A stretch of 26,212 bases of DNA from NCBI RefSeq assembly GCF_000372725.1, contig NW_005202237.1, forward strand, positions 434,001 through 460,212. The letters run 5' to 3'. Shown here piece after piece: positions 8,663 through 18,836 of this stretch (within the stretch, counting starts at the first letter, position 1; each line of letters starts with the position of its first letter). Below the pieces are notes generated by a model. It was not told the DNA's origin, did not search any database, and saw only the letters and a program-made list of their open reading frames with translations. The position numbers and the translations under genes are program-made. The DNA comes from Emiliania huxleyi CCMP1516. Lineage: Eukaryota.

Positions 8663-10381
8663 ATGGTCCGAGAACTCAACTTCGTAGCAATTACTAAGGG
8701 CGTCACTCCGCCGGTCGAAAGCAGCGAAGGCACAAAGGACCCGAACGGCTCTCCCGTCCATCGCTCAAAGCCGCAGGGCGCGCCAAAGGCGTCTTCAGAC
8801 GCAACATCTGGGAAGGTAGACGCCACAGAGATCAGCGCCGCGCCACTGCCCGAGACCGATGACATGTACAAGGCCCCCGAAACCATCTTCAACGAGCTGA
8901 AGGAGCGGAGTGGGCTTACGCTGCCGCCCGTGAGGCTGTTGAGGAGCTCCTGGCTGATCAAGCGTGCGGAAAAGCTGAAGGAGCGCGCCGAGAGCCCTGG
9001 ACATGAGTCGGTCCGAGCCGCGCGCAAGCAAGCCCTTTGTTGCATGACGTAGGCTTGCACCACAGTCGAGGAGCGGCGAGCCCTCGCCCTGCCTCGCCGG
9101 CAGGTTGCTGCGCCGCTCCCTGTCCCGCCGCGCACAGCCACAGCCGCATCACGCGCAAGTCGCCGCAATAGGACATCGAGACGCAGCATCCGGAGGCTTT
9201 CTATGCGGTGGAGGAGGTCATGGCGCTCAAGCGCGGCGCCGAGTTCGCCGGCAGGTCCCTCCCTTGCTCGCCTGATGCTCGTCTCCCGAGTCGGGCTATC
9301 CCGCTCCACGCTCTTGCAACACTCTTGTGTGCATGCTGCGCAGGCCGATGAGCGTCCTGGCTGTGAGCCACTGCTGGGAGACGGCGGCGCACCCGGACCC
9401 GGAGGGCGCCACCCTCGTGATGTTGTGCGACGCGATGGAGCGCGCCATGTCCAAGGGGGTCACCAACGGCGAGTACACATGGGAGAAGATCCCCCGCGAG
9501 ATGGCCGTCTTTTACGACTATGGTTCTCTCTACCAAAAGTGTCCGAGGACGGGCGAGCCGCGGACGGCGATGGAGAACGCGGCCTTCAAGGCGGCGCTCT
9601 CGCGCATGCAGGTCTGGTACGCGCACCAGCTGACCACCTGTTTCTTCATGACGGAGCCTCCGGCCGGATCGACGGCGCTGCGTTACACCGAGCGCGGTTG
9701 GCCGACGTTCGAGTACCAGGTGTCGATGCTCGCAAAGACGTGGACCTCGAGCGGCTGGCCTCAGCTCTTCGACGTCGGCCGCGGCGTCGACAAGCTCTTT
9801 GTCCGGCCGCCCCCCCTCTCCACCGAGGCACTGCTAGAGCTCCTCCAGACAAAGTGCTTCACCAACGGCGCCGTCAGCGGGCTACGGTGTGGCAGTGTGG
9901 ACCGCGCCCCTTCACAGACGGCGTTGCTCGAATAGGCGCTGACCGCGAGCTGGTCGCGATGCTGTACAAAAAGACGGCGACGAACACGATTCAATGCGCT
10001 GCGAACCTCAAGTTCAACTCGAGCGGCTGGGGTCCAGAGGAGCTCCGCTTCTTCGTCCAGCAGTGGTTTCCGATATGCGACAAGCTGGAGGCGATATCCT
10101 TCGCCTCCAACCCGATCGGCCCCGAGGGCGCCAAGATACTTTGCGACTCGCTGCGCGACGGGTTTTGCCCCAACGCGGAGTTTCTCAACTTTTTCAACAA
10201 CAAGATTGGCGGTGAGGGGCTGGAGCATGTGATGCAGTTCCTCAAGGAGCGCGAGAGAGACAAGAGCAAGATCCTGCCAAAGCTGAACCGCGTACGCGTG
10301 GGCAAGAACAAGCTGTCGTCCGAGCAGCAGCAGGCGCTGAAGGAGCTCTGCTCGGAGCTCGGCCTCAAGTGTGAGACGTGA
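8663..10381 (+). CDS. HET/TIR-like domain protein with C-terminal RI-type leucine-rich repeats; exons 8663-8980, 9053-9103, 9172-9254, 9344-9867, 9936-10381
   Basis: Spliced product has VRLLRSSWL, LPRRQD...PEAF, AVSHCW...HPDPEG, FYDYGSLYQ, FKAALSRMQVWYAH, YTERGWPTFE and FTNGADRELV..LY. LRRs follow: LEAISFASNPIGPEGAKIL, LNFFNNKIGGEGLEHV, LNRVRVGKNKL. Four introns of 68-89 nt keep the frame. Confidence 0.85.
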
Positions 10382-10528
10382 GAGGGAGGGCGGACACTTT
10401 CAGGACAGTCGTGCGCGACTTGGACTAGAGCGACACGTGATTTAGTCGAATTACAGTGGCTCACGAGATGTGTTTTGGGCTGGTCGCCTGATTGCGTCGT
10501 GGGCGCGTCCAAGCTGCAACCATAGCGA

Positions 10529-10561
10529 GCACATGCACATGTACATGACATGTGCATGTGC
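10529..10561. repeat. Perfect 14-bp palindrome of CATGTG-type alternating purine/pyrimidine repeat
   Basis: GCACATGCACATGT-acatg-ACATGTGCATGTGC; a related run lies at about 6857-6879. Confidence 0.9.
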
Positions 10562-10994
10562 ATGTAAGACGGGAGAGAGTCGTGCGAAGAGAAGAGCAAG
10601 AGGCGCCTGTAGAGCTGTATATGCTGCGCTCAACGGAGTAGTGTCGCAGAGAGCATCGTGATCGTCCGTCGAGCGCGTCGTCCGCAGCTCGTGGACGTGG
10701 TCGTGCACGCTGGACTGCACTCTGGGGCACAGGAGAGACACACCCAGACAGGTGAGAGGTGTGCCGGCTGCCGGCGGCTGGTGGCACCGTGCCGGTGGCG
10801 GGGTGCGGCACTGTGCCCCCCGGGTGTGGGCGCGCGGAGGGACCGCGGCGCCGCGGAGGGGTGGCGCCCCCCGCGCGCCGACGATATTTTGCACCTTCAA
10901 ACAGCTCTCCCCTCTGCACCACACACACATGATGAGCTCTCAACTCGTCTTTCGTTCGTGTGTACAAATCTTCTCCAGTGAGCCGACGTCTGCC

Positions 10995-12089
10995 CTACGC
11001 AGCCGCAGCCCGCGGGTTGAAGGTGACGCGCGCCGTCTCGCCGACCTCGAGCACGAACCGCTCGCCCGGCGCGAACAGGAGCACGCGGCGCGAGCCGGGC
11101 CGAGACGAGAGCAGCGGCGCGCGCCCGTCGCTCCGCTCGACGGTCCTCGTGCCGCACTTGGACCAGCAGTCGAAGATGGCAACCTCGTGCGCCGTGCGGA
11201 GCGCGATGAACTGCACGCGGCCGATGAGCAGGTTCTCGCCCTCCACCCCGCCACGCTTCTCGTGCCCGACCACGATGTCGCACAGCCCAAACCGGCCACA
11301 CAGCACCGAGCCGCTCCCCGCCGCCTGCAGCTCACTCGTGCGCGGGCCCGTCCCGCTCACGAGAAACTCGAACCCCGCGCCGCTCCCATCGCCGCCCCCA
11401 CCGCCGCCGCCGCTGCTTGGCCCCGGTGCCGCGCACGCCGGCGCGGCGGCAGCGCCGCGCCGTTCACGAGTTCGGCGCGGGCTGTCTGCAGCCGCCGCCG
11501 CGGCGCCGCTGCGGCCGCGCGGACGGCAGCCAGCAGCCTCGCCGCTCAGGCTCTCCATCGACGCGGTGGGCTCGGCGCCCAGCACTGGAACAGGCCGCGT
11601 GCTGCCAGCCCCGCCCGCGGCCCTGCCCGCCGCACCGCCGCCCGCCGCGCCGCCGCCCGCCGCGCCGCTGCCCGCGCCGCCTCGAGGAGAGGCGCGGTCG
11701 ATGAGACGATTGAGCTCGACGACGACTTCGAGAATCTGCGACTTGACGGCCGACCAACCCTCCGCCCAGCCGTCGGCTTGCAGCCGCCGCATTAATTGGT
11801 CATAGAAGCCGCGCAGGTCGTCCTCCTGCGCCTGTGACATCTGGCGCGCCGGCTCCTCGCGCTGGGAGCACATCGTGCTGAGTAGGCACTGCGAGACGCG
11901 CTGCGTCGCGCTCTGCTGCAGGCCGGGAGGCATGCTGCAGACCGCAGCTGCAGCCGGCCGCTCGCCCGATGCCGTCGCGGCTGCCGCGGGCTCCGCAGAG
12001 TTTGAGCCCGAGCTCCGCCGCCGCTTGGCTGCGGGTGCCGCCGCGCTGCCGCCGGCTGCCTTGGCGCCGCCGCCGGCCCGGCGAGGCAT
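10995..12089 (-). CDS. Protein with low-complexity N-terminus and C-terminal atypical FHA domain
   Basis: ATG at 12089 and an NLS-like AKRRR. C-terminal VLCGRFGLCDIVV...IGRVQFIAL...AIFDCWSKCGT...FVLEVG follows the FHA pattern GR..CD / SR.H / D..S.NGT. Confidence 0.65.
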   Translation of the reverse strand: MPRRAGGGAKAAGGSAAAPAAKRRRSSGSNSAEPAAAATASGERPAAAAVCSMPPGLQQSATQRVSQCLLSTMCSQREEPARQMSQAQEDDLRGFYDQLMRRLQADGWAEGWSAVKSQILEVVVELNRLIDRASPRGGAGSGAAGGGAAGGGAAGRAAGGAGSTRPVPVLGAEPTASMESLSGEAAGCRPRGRSGAAAAAADSPRRTRERRGAAAAPACAAPGPSSGGGGGGGDGSGAGFEFLVSGTGPRTSELQAAGSGSVLCGRFGLCDIVVGHEKRGGVEGENLLIGRVQFIALRTAHEVAIFDCWSKCGTRTVERSDGRAPLLSSRPGSRRVLLFAPGERFVLEVGETARVTFNPRAAAA

Positions 12090-13450
12090 ATGTACACACA
12101 CACCCGGCCGCGGCGATTCCTACTCTCCGGTAGCGCCTCTTCCGCTTGCGAGCAAACACCACCCTTCGGCCACTGTGGTCACCGCATGCGAAGCAAATCG
12201 CGCCGTGCGTCGCCGTGCGTGCGTGTGAGCGCCCCTGAGCAACCCTCCCCACCCCACACGCCCACCGGCGCACCCTCGGCCCGCACACGCGCCCTGGCGA
12301 CCCACAGACCTCCCCCGCCGCCGCGCGTTCGACGTGGTGCCGAGACCGCTCCGGCGGCATGACAGCCCCTGCTGCTTCCTGTCGCAGGAAGCGCCGCGGA
12401 CGGCGCTGATCGTGCGTCCATAGGGCCAGCTCCGCGCGATGCCGTCCTTCCGGGCGACGACGCTCGCCTTCTGCAGGGCACACGGTGCGGCGCTGCGCTG
12501 TCGCGAGCGCGCCGCCGACATTCACTCAGATTCGCCGAGCGCTGCGCGGCTGGCTGACGCCGCTCGCTCAGGCGGGCGCGGCTTGTAATCCCTCGGCGCC
12601 GGCGACATTGATCCGTACAACGTGGCCGGACAAGGCCACAAAGCTTCCACGGGCGGGTGAGGCGCCGGTGATCCTAGCTAGCTGCCCTGCTGCTGCGATC
12701 GCCGCTGCCGCTGCAATAGCCGCCGGCGCAGGCACGACGACCATCATTGGACCATCCACCGGTGCGGCGAACATGTGTCTCGGTGCCCTCCCGCTCGTCT
12801 TGTTCATACTCCATCGCCAGGGTGTGTCGCGCACTTCCATCCTGACGCTCCCGCTGCTCGCGGCGCGGCGTCGGTCGCCGCAGCCGCCGCTCCTCCCGCG
12901 TCCCGGCGCTCCTCCCGCGTCCCGGCCCCGCGCAAGCAGCTCGGCAACCAACGCTTGCGTTTGGATCACGCCCTCCCACACCGACCGCAACGACCCAGGA
13001 CGCCGGCGGCGACGAGGGCGAGGGCGAGGGCGAGGGCGCCCTCGGCTCGGCTAGAGCGGCCGAGAGGCAGTGCGGTCGCGCCTTTTACCGTGACCGCCGC
13101 GCCGCCACAGCGGGCGAGCTCGCGCGGGTGTGGCGGGGGCGAGGGGTGCCACGTGGCGGGGGCGAGGGCTGCTGCGGCCGTCAGCGTCAGTCTGCGTGTC
13201 GGGGCGCGTTCGCCCGCGTACGGCTCAGACAGGCGTCGGTCGCCGCCTCCGCTGCACGCGGGGCGTTGCGCTGCGCGAGGGCCGCCTGCAATTGCTAGCC
13301 ATGTGCTTGTTTCACGGCGGCAATGGGTCACGCTCACGCCTCACGGGTGTGTGGGGCACGCTCACACGGGTGTGCACTCTCGCTACCATTTTTCACATCT
13401 GCTGGTTGGACTAACGGCGTATTCTGTCAAATAAAAAGTCTGCTCCTTGG

Positions 13451-13840
13451 TCAGAAGGAGCCAGCGCGCCGCTCCTCAGGCCGGAGCCAGAGCTCGGGCC
13501 GGCGCCCGAGGAGGTCTGCGCGTCCCGGCATCATGGCTTTTACCTCGCCGACCGTGGTCATGATGCCGACGGGAAGGAAGAGCGTCTCGGCCCGCGAGAC
13601 GTCGGGCCTGCTGATACGCACGACCCGCTGCCCGCGCTCGCGGTACCCCTTCAGGATGGCGACGCTAGCGAGATCCTTGACGGAGAACATGACGCCAGCG
13701 CCGGGATGCGCTGAGCGGGGCAGCCCTTGGAGGTCGGCGTCGGTCAGGCAATACTCGCTGCGGGCGCGGACGATGCCGAGCTGTGCGACGCCGGCGGGAA
13801 CGAGCAACTCGAGTCCGAGAGGCGCAGAGGACGATGCCAT
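13451..13840 (-). CDS. ORF with XPA C-terminal-like motif; may be the 3' part of the upstream gene
   Basis: ARSEYCLTDADLQGLP...MFSVKDLASVAI resembles the XPA-type AK.EY.L.D.DL..L motif. The frame is open upstream of the ATG (LARFVATLPSDDGAEL). Confidence 0.45.
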   Translation of the reverse strand: MASSSAPLGLELLVPAGVAQLGIVRARSEYCLTDADLQGLPRSAHPGAGVMFSVKDLASVAILKGYRERGQRVVRISRPDVSRAETLFLPVGIMTTVGEVKAMMPGRADLLGRRPELWLRPEERRAGSF

Positions 13841-13884
13841 GAGCTCCGCGCCGTCGTCGCTGGGCAGCGTGGCGACGAAGCGGG

Positions 13885-15496
13885 CTAGCCTTCGCAGATG
13901 GCGATAGTGGCGACGTCAGCGGTGTCGAGGACCAGCGGACACCTAGTGGGACGCCTGTGTGTCAGAGGAGCGCGTCGAGAGCGCGTCCACACCGCACAGG
14001 CACAAGTGTGCACGCGTGCGGCCGAGTGGCGGCGCGCTCGCGCGCGCGCTGAGGGTGGTTGAGGTGAGATTGACCACCGAGCGCTCGCGAGCGGCCGTGG
14101 GGAGGGTCCGTCCACGGTCTCTGTCCTCTAGGAGTCGCGCGGGCGGCCAGGGAGCGCGTGGGAGGTCACCGCATGCGAAGCAAGTCGGGGCGGGGTGCTC
14201 GCTCGCAAGCGGTGGAGGCGAGCTCTGCAAGGGGCCCCTCCCTCCTCTCGCCCGCCTTCATAGCGCGAGAGGGTCTCGAAGAAGAGGAGGTAGTTGAATT
14301 GAGAAATGCGCTCCTCTTGCGAGACAAACAAATCGGCCACGAGGCCTGGGCGGCCGCCGCGCTCGGCGGCGGCCGCGCCTGACATGCGTGGTGAGGGGGG
14401 AGGCGCTGCTCCCTACCCCCCTCCCCCCACACACACCCACAAAACACCACAGACAGCACTCCACACACACCATGCATGGACGGCGGAGGGTACGACGACG
14501 GACACACTCGCAAGACTCCAACAGATAACAGAACATGTTGCGCGTGAAGAACTCCGCGCACGACTTGGGTGCGGGCAGCGCGGCGACCGGCGTGAAGTCG
14601 GGGCCAAGCCTCTCGAGCTGACTCCGAAGCTCGAAGACGGAGTAGGTCGCCTTGTCCCCAACTGCCGCCAACCAGCTAGAGCCTTCTCCGCCGGAGACTT
14701 TGGCCTCGAGAGCCCGGGCGAACGTCTTGACGCGCTCCTCTCCCGAGAGCGAGACCGCGCCCGCGGCCGGAAGACCGTCTGCTAACTGGAGAATCTCCTC
14801 TAGCGAGACGTGGTCTTCGGCGGCGCTGCCTGACTTGGGCAACTTGCGGAAAACAGCCAGAGCACTGCTCGAGCCGTTGATCTTGACAAGCGTCGCGTTC
14901 GAGACGACGTGTGCCTGCGTCGGCTGTAGCATGAGGGTCACCAGCGTGGTGTTGAGGATGACCGAGCGTCGTGGCTCGCCCTGCGCTCCGCTCTCCTCGA
15001 GCACGTACATGCCCTCGGATGGTCCTTGGATGACGGTGTAAGGCATCTGCGCCTCCTCACCGCTCTCGAGCGGCACCTTGCCGCTGCCGGTGCGGCCCGC
15101 GAGCGAGCCGGCCTCCACTGTCGAAAGAATGCTCGCGTTGGTGAATGCCTCTCCGAGCTGCGTGGCCCAGCCCGCGGCCAGGTGACCCAACTGTGATGAC
15201 GACAAACGCTCAAGTGTCTTGACAACCTTCTCTGCCGCATCGGCGGGGCCATCCGAGGCGGTGCCTCCGCCTGCGGCCAGCTGAGGGTATTGCTGCGATA
15301 GCAGGGCGAGAGCGGCCGCCTTGGCCTGGCTCTCGTCGAGTCCCTTCTGCAGCACCTTGACGGTATGGTAATTGCGCACATCGGCTTTGACGACAGAGGA
15401 ACACAACAGGTATTGATCCTTGTCCACGCCATGCACGGCACTGTCCTTGGTGGCCTTAGCAAGCGCCACTTCCACAAGCGTCTCAATGGCAGACAT
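13885..15496 (-). CDS. Multi-exon hypothetical protein; exons 15496-14512, 14378-14256, 14127-about 14045, last exon uncertain (stop at 13943 or 13885)
   Basis: About 328-codon globular-looking first exon from MSAIETL. Phase-consistent GC-AG introns 14511-14379 and 14255-14128 join ...LLES-C-AAAAERGG...TLSRYE-E-DRDRGRTLP. No family recognised. Confidence 0.6.
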
Positions 15497-15716
15497 CAGC
15501 GACAGGCGACAGAGATCAAAGGGGGCGGGAGGACAGTGGCGTGGACGAGCACGCGGGTGCGCAAACAAGCGGACGCGCGATCTGAAACGTCGTCCTTGGC
15601 CACGTGCCCCGCTGGCAAACCACAAGAGAGGGTGGATAGATAGGCGCCTCAGGCGACCGCTCGTCCTGCCCCTCCCCTCAGCAGAGCGGGCGAGAATGCT
15701 AAAGCATTCACGCCAC

Positions 15717-15813
15717 AGGCCTCAGCTGCGCAAAAGACTGCGGGCGATCAACAGAGGGACGGCTGCGAATCTCTCCACGGCTCATAGAGGCCTCAGCTGC
15801 GCGAGAAGACTGC
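15717..15813 (+). repeat. Imperfect direct repeat (about 25 bp x2)
   Basis: AGGCCTCAGCTGCGC-aaaagactgc at 15717 and AGGCCTCAGCTGCGC-gagaagactgc at 15788. Confidence 0.8.
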
Positions 15814-16146
15814 CGCGCAACGAAGACCGCTGTCGTCGCACGCTGCTGACGCCCAGGATGACAGAATTGGCCTTCGCCAGACTGAGGACTATTGTGCGCC
15901 TTGGCGAGGCGGTCCCGGTGGTATTTTTTTAGAGCTGGTTCGGCATGCACGAGCGCGTGGGTGTGTGTGAGCACCGCGGGTCTTTTTTGCGATCCCGGGT
16001 CTTGTGCTTGTGCGTGATGCTGTGTGGCATGTGGTCGTCTGCAGTCAGTATAGACATGATAGGGGTGGACTATAGGTCCAGTAGGTCAATTGATCTCGCT
16101 TAGTCGCATCGTGGGGAGCTCATCCCGGGCCGTCGCAGGCCGCCGC

Positions 16147-16258
16147 GCACTTGGAGCACTTGGAGTGCAGTCATCAACCGCACATCCAGGGCCGGGGAGC
16201 TCAGAAGCGCACCCAGCGGGCCGGATGATTGGCATCGGGTTACGGGCTAGAGAGCCCT
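16147..16258. mobile_element. Dispersed repeat family A, copy 2 (truncated)
   Basis: GCACTTGGAGCACTTGGAGTGCAGTC...GAGCCCT aligns with 5349-5457 and with the reverse complement of 22170-22281. Confidence 0.8.
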
Positions 16259-17553
16259 GCATCGGGTCTTTTTTGCGAAGCTGAGGCCTCTACAAGTCCG
16301 CCGACTTTAAGATGAGCGGCAGCGGTGCCCAGCGGCTGCCCGTGCCAGGCGGACTCCCGCAGGGTGCCGCACGAAGGCGGAATGGAGGGGGCCGCCGGGA
16401 GGCCAGGCAGCTGCGGCGTCGGCATGGGGCCGGCTGCTACCATCGCCAGCGACAGTAGGGGCGTCCCTCCAGGGGAGCGCGGCATGAGCAGTGCCTGAGT
16501 AGAAGATGTACGGCGCCGTGGGCCGCTCCTGCGTCTCAGGCCCCGGCTCCCAGCCAGCGTTCCAGGGGTCCGCGCTCCCAGGTTCGGCAGCATCAGCCAC
16601 GTCGCCGGGCGCCGCGCTGGCCGTCACGTAGTCCCCCGGTCTAACGCCCTTCGCGCGGGCGGGCCTCCTCACAGGCGCACGCGCACTCGAAGGATGTCCG
16701 CGTTGCAGCCGCGGATATATGCAACGGGGGGCGGCGGGGGGGGGGCCCTGCCTTTGGAGAAAAGAATTGCCCGCTCCGACCAGGTAAGACCCCCCCCACT
16801 TGTTTAAAAGAAAATTGTTCGGTCCGCGTTCGTTCAGTTTCTTTCAACGGGCGGGTGACAAGGCCAGAGCTGCCGCCGGTCGGTCTCCTCGGCGGGCAGC
16901 GGGGCAGGAGGTCTCCGGCGCGTTGTGCCGCGGGCCGCCGCCGGCCCAGCCCTCTGCGCCCGCCACCACCGCTGTCGCGTGCGTGGCTCGATCCGACCAT
17001 AGACTCAGAGACTCTTCCGACGCCATCGCCTTAGTCGACAGTGCGGGTGCGGGACGGTTGCCGGGACATCTATCATCTTTTTTTCTAGCGGGAGGAGCGC
17101 CGAGGGAGAGAAACACCACCGGGGGGGAAAGAATTTTACAACAAAACTCCCTCGCACAACACTGGGAAAAAGAAATAAAGAAAACAGACAACCACCCAAG
17201 GGAAGGGATGGGGGGAGGGAGGGGCAAAGCAGAAACAAACGGAACTGTTGAGCGCTGTCAGAGCGGTGTTTCGACACCGATATCGTTCAAGGAACGCTGT
17301 TCAAAAAAAATCGTGTCGCTGTTCACGCTTCACAAACTCTCTCTCTCTCTCTCTCTCGCTTCACAGGATGACACAGGAAGTGTAAGCTGAGCAGATACAG
17401 CTAATCCTTTGTGTTCACACCTGCAAGAGGTGTGAACAATAACGATTTCGGCCTTACCTTTTGGCATGCCAATAGCGTGCTAGCAAGTCGTACGCTTCGA
17501 TTCGTGTTACACGCAGCGGCTTTTCTTCCGCAACAGCACTGCTCAATACACAC

Positions 17554-18306
17554 ATGCATATGCGCGGAGGCTCTCTGCTCCTCCTCTCTGTGGGCACCGC
17601 AGCGCTCCGCCTCCCGCCTCCGGCAGCGTGCGCGCGGCCGACTCTCGCCTCGCCCGTCCGCGCCGCGAATCCGGCGCTCTCGGCTCCTCGCGCCGCCGCT
17701 GCATGCCGCACCACCACGCCGGTGCTCACGGCTACTGCTCCACCGACACCGCTGACGCAGCTCGCGTCGCGGCTGTGGTCGTGGGGCTGGCTCAACTGGT
17801 GGGTGCAGGGAGCGCTCTCCGTCGTCGGCGCTGTCCTCCTCCTCTTTGCCAACTCGGTGTCGTCGGCGAGTGTGAGTGCGCCGGCGCTTGCGGGCCGCGC
17901 GCTCGCGCTGGCGGCATGCGCCACCTCGTTCGCGTCGACGTTCTGGCAGTGGGGCTACACGCGGCTGGCCGTGCGGATCCGCAGGCGGCCCGAGCGCTGG
18001 ACTGCCGCGAGCGCCGCGTCGAACGCAGCAAGGGCGCTGTACGTCGGCACCGCGCTCAACCTCGTCGGGATCGGGATCGCAATCGTGGGCGCGGAGGCGA
18101 TCGTGGGCAACCTCGCCGCCAAGGCGCTCACCCAGGGCTCGGCCGTCGTCCTCGACGGGCGCGCCGCCGCCGCCACCGTCCAGGCCCTCGACGTGCTCAT
18201 CGTGCAGGCAAACACAAACACGATCGCCGCCTGCTTCTTCGGCCTGCTCACGTCGATGCGGCTCAAGCTGGCGGCGGCGACGGCCGAGCGGGCCGCCGAG
18301 GCGTGA
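17554..18306 (+). CDS. TIC21: Plastid inner-envelope Tic21/PIC1-family protein (DUF3611) with bipartite signal and transit peptide
   Basis: GWLNWWVQ, YTRL, G..LNLVG, AIVGNLAAKALTQ and ALDVLIVQANTNTI.A.F.GL match the family. A hydrophobic N-terminus (SLLLLSVGTAAL) is followed by an Ala/Pro/Arg/Thr-rich leader. Confidence 0.88.
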   Translation: MHMRGGSLLLLSVGTAALRLPPPAACARPTLASPVRAANPALSAPRAAAACRTTTPVLTATAPPTPLTQLASRLWSWGWLNWWVQGALSVVGAVLLLFANSVSSASVSAPALAGRALALAACATSFASTFWQWGYTRLAVRIRRRPERWTAASAASNAARALYVGTALNLVGIGIAIVGAEAIVGNLAAKALTQGSAVVLDGRAAAATVQALDVLIVQANTNTIAACFFGLLTSMRLKLAAATAERAAEA

Positions 18307-18836
18307 GCCGGTCGCGAGGAGCTCGTCGGGGTCGTCTCGGCAAGAGACCCACACCCGCTGGAGCGCGGGAGACCCCGCGAGTGTCGATCAAAGTGTGACA
18401 TATATCTTATATGAGAGTCAACGTTTTGTGTGCGTGTACGAGTGTCCTTTCGGCTCGGGTCTCGGGAGCGAGGCGTGAGGGCGTGACAGTGTGAGCGTAC
18501 TTTCACTCTCCAAAGTACTTTCACTCGTGACGATATGCGCGACAAAATGAGGACAATCGACAACGAAAACGGGGGGGCCCGGCCGCGCGCTACGCTCGAG
18601 AGAACGGCGCGCGGGCTGGCGCAGTCCGGGTCCGGCAGCGCGGGTGTCGCCAAACGAACACGCCGACCAAATACACAAGGATCGCATATCAGCCGATGGC
18701 TGCGGTTGCGGCGGCAGCGGCGGCAGGGCACGCCCCAAGCGCACGGCGCAACAGGCGCCCTCAGCGTCCGAGGAGCGCGCGGCGCGAATAGACGTACCAT
18801 TGTGCGCGGGGCGTCCTGCGTGCGGCGCGGCGGGGC

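Noticed and set aside
12120..13430. Minus- and plus-strand ORFs of 100-240 aa
   Set aside because: Low-complexity GC-driven ORFs with no domain or coherent exon chain.
16307..16672. 121-aa minus-strand ORF, and the similar fragment at 22994-23349
   Set aside because: No homology cues; both lie among repeats.
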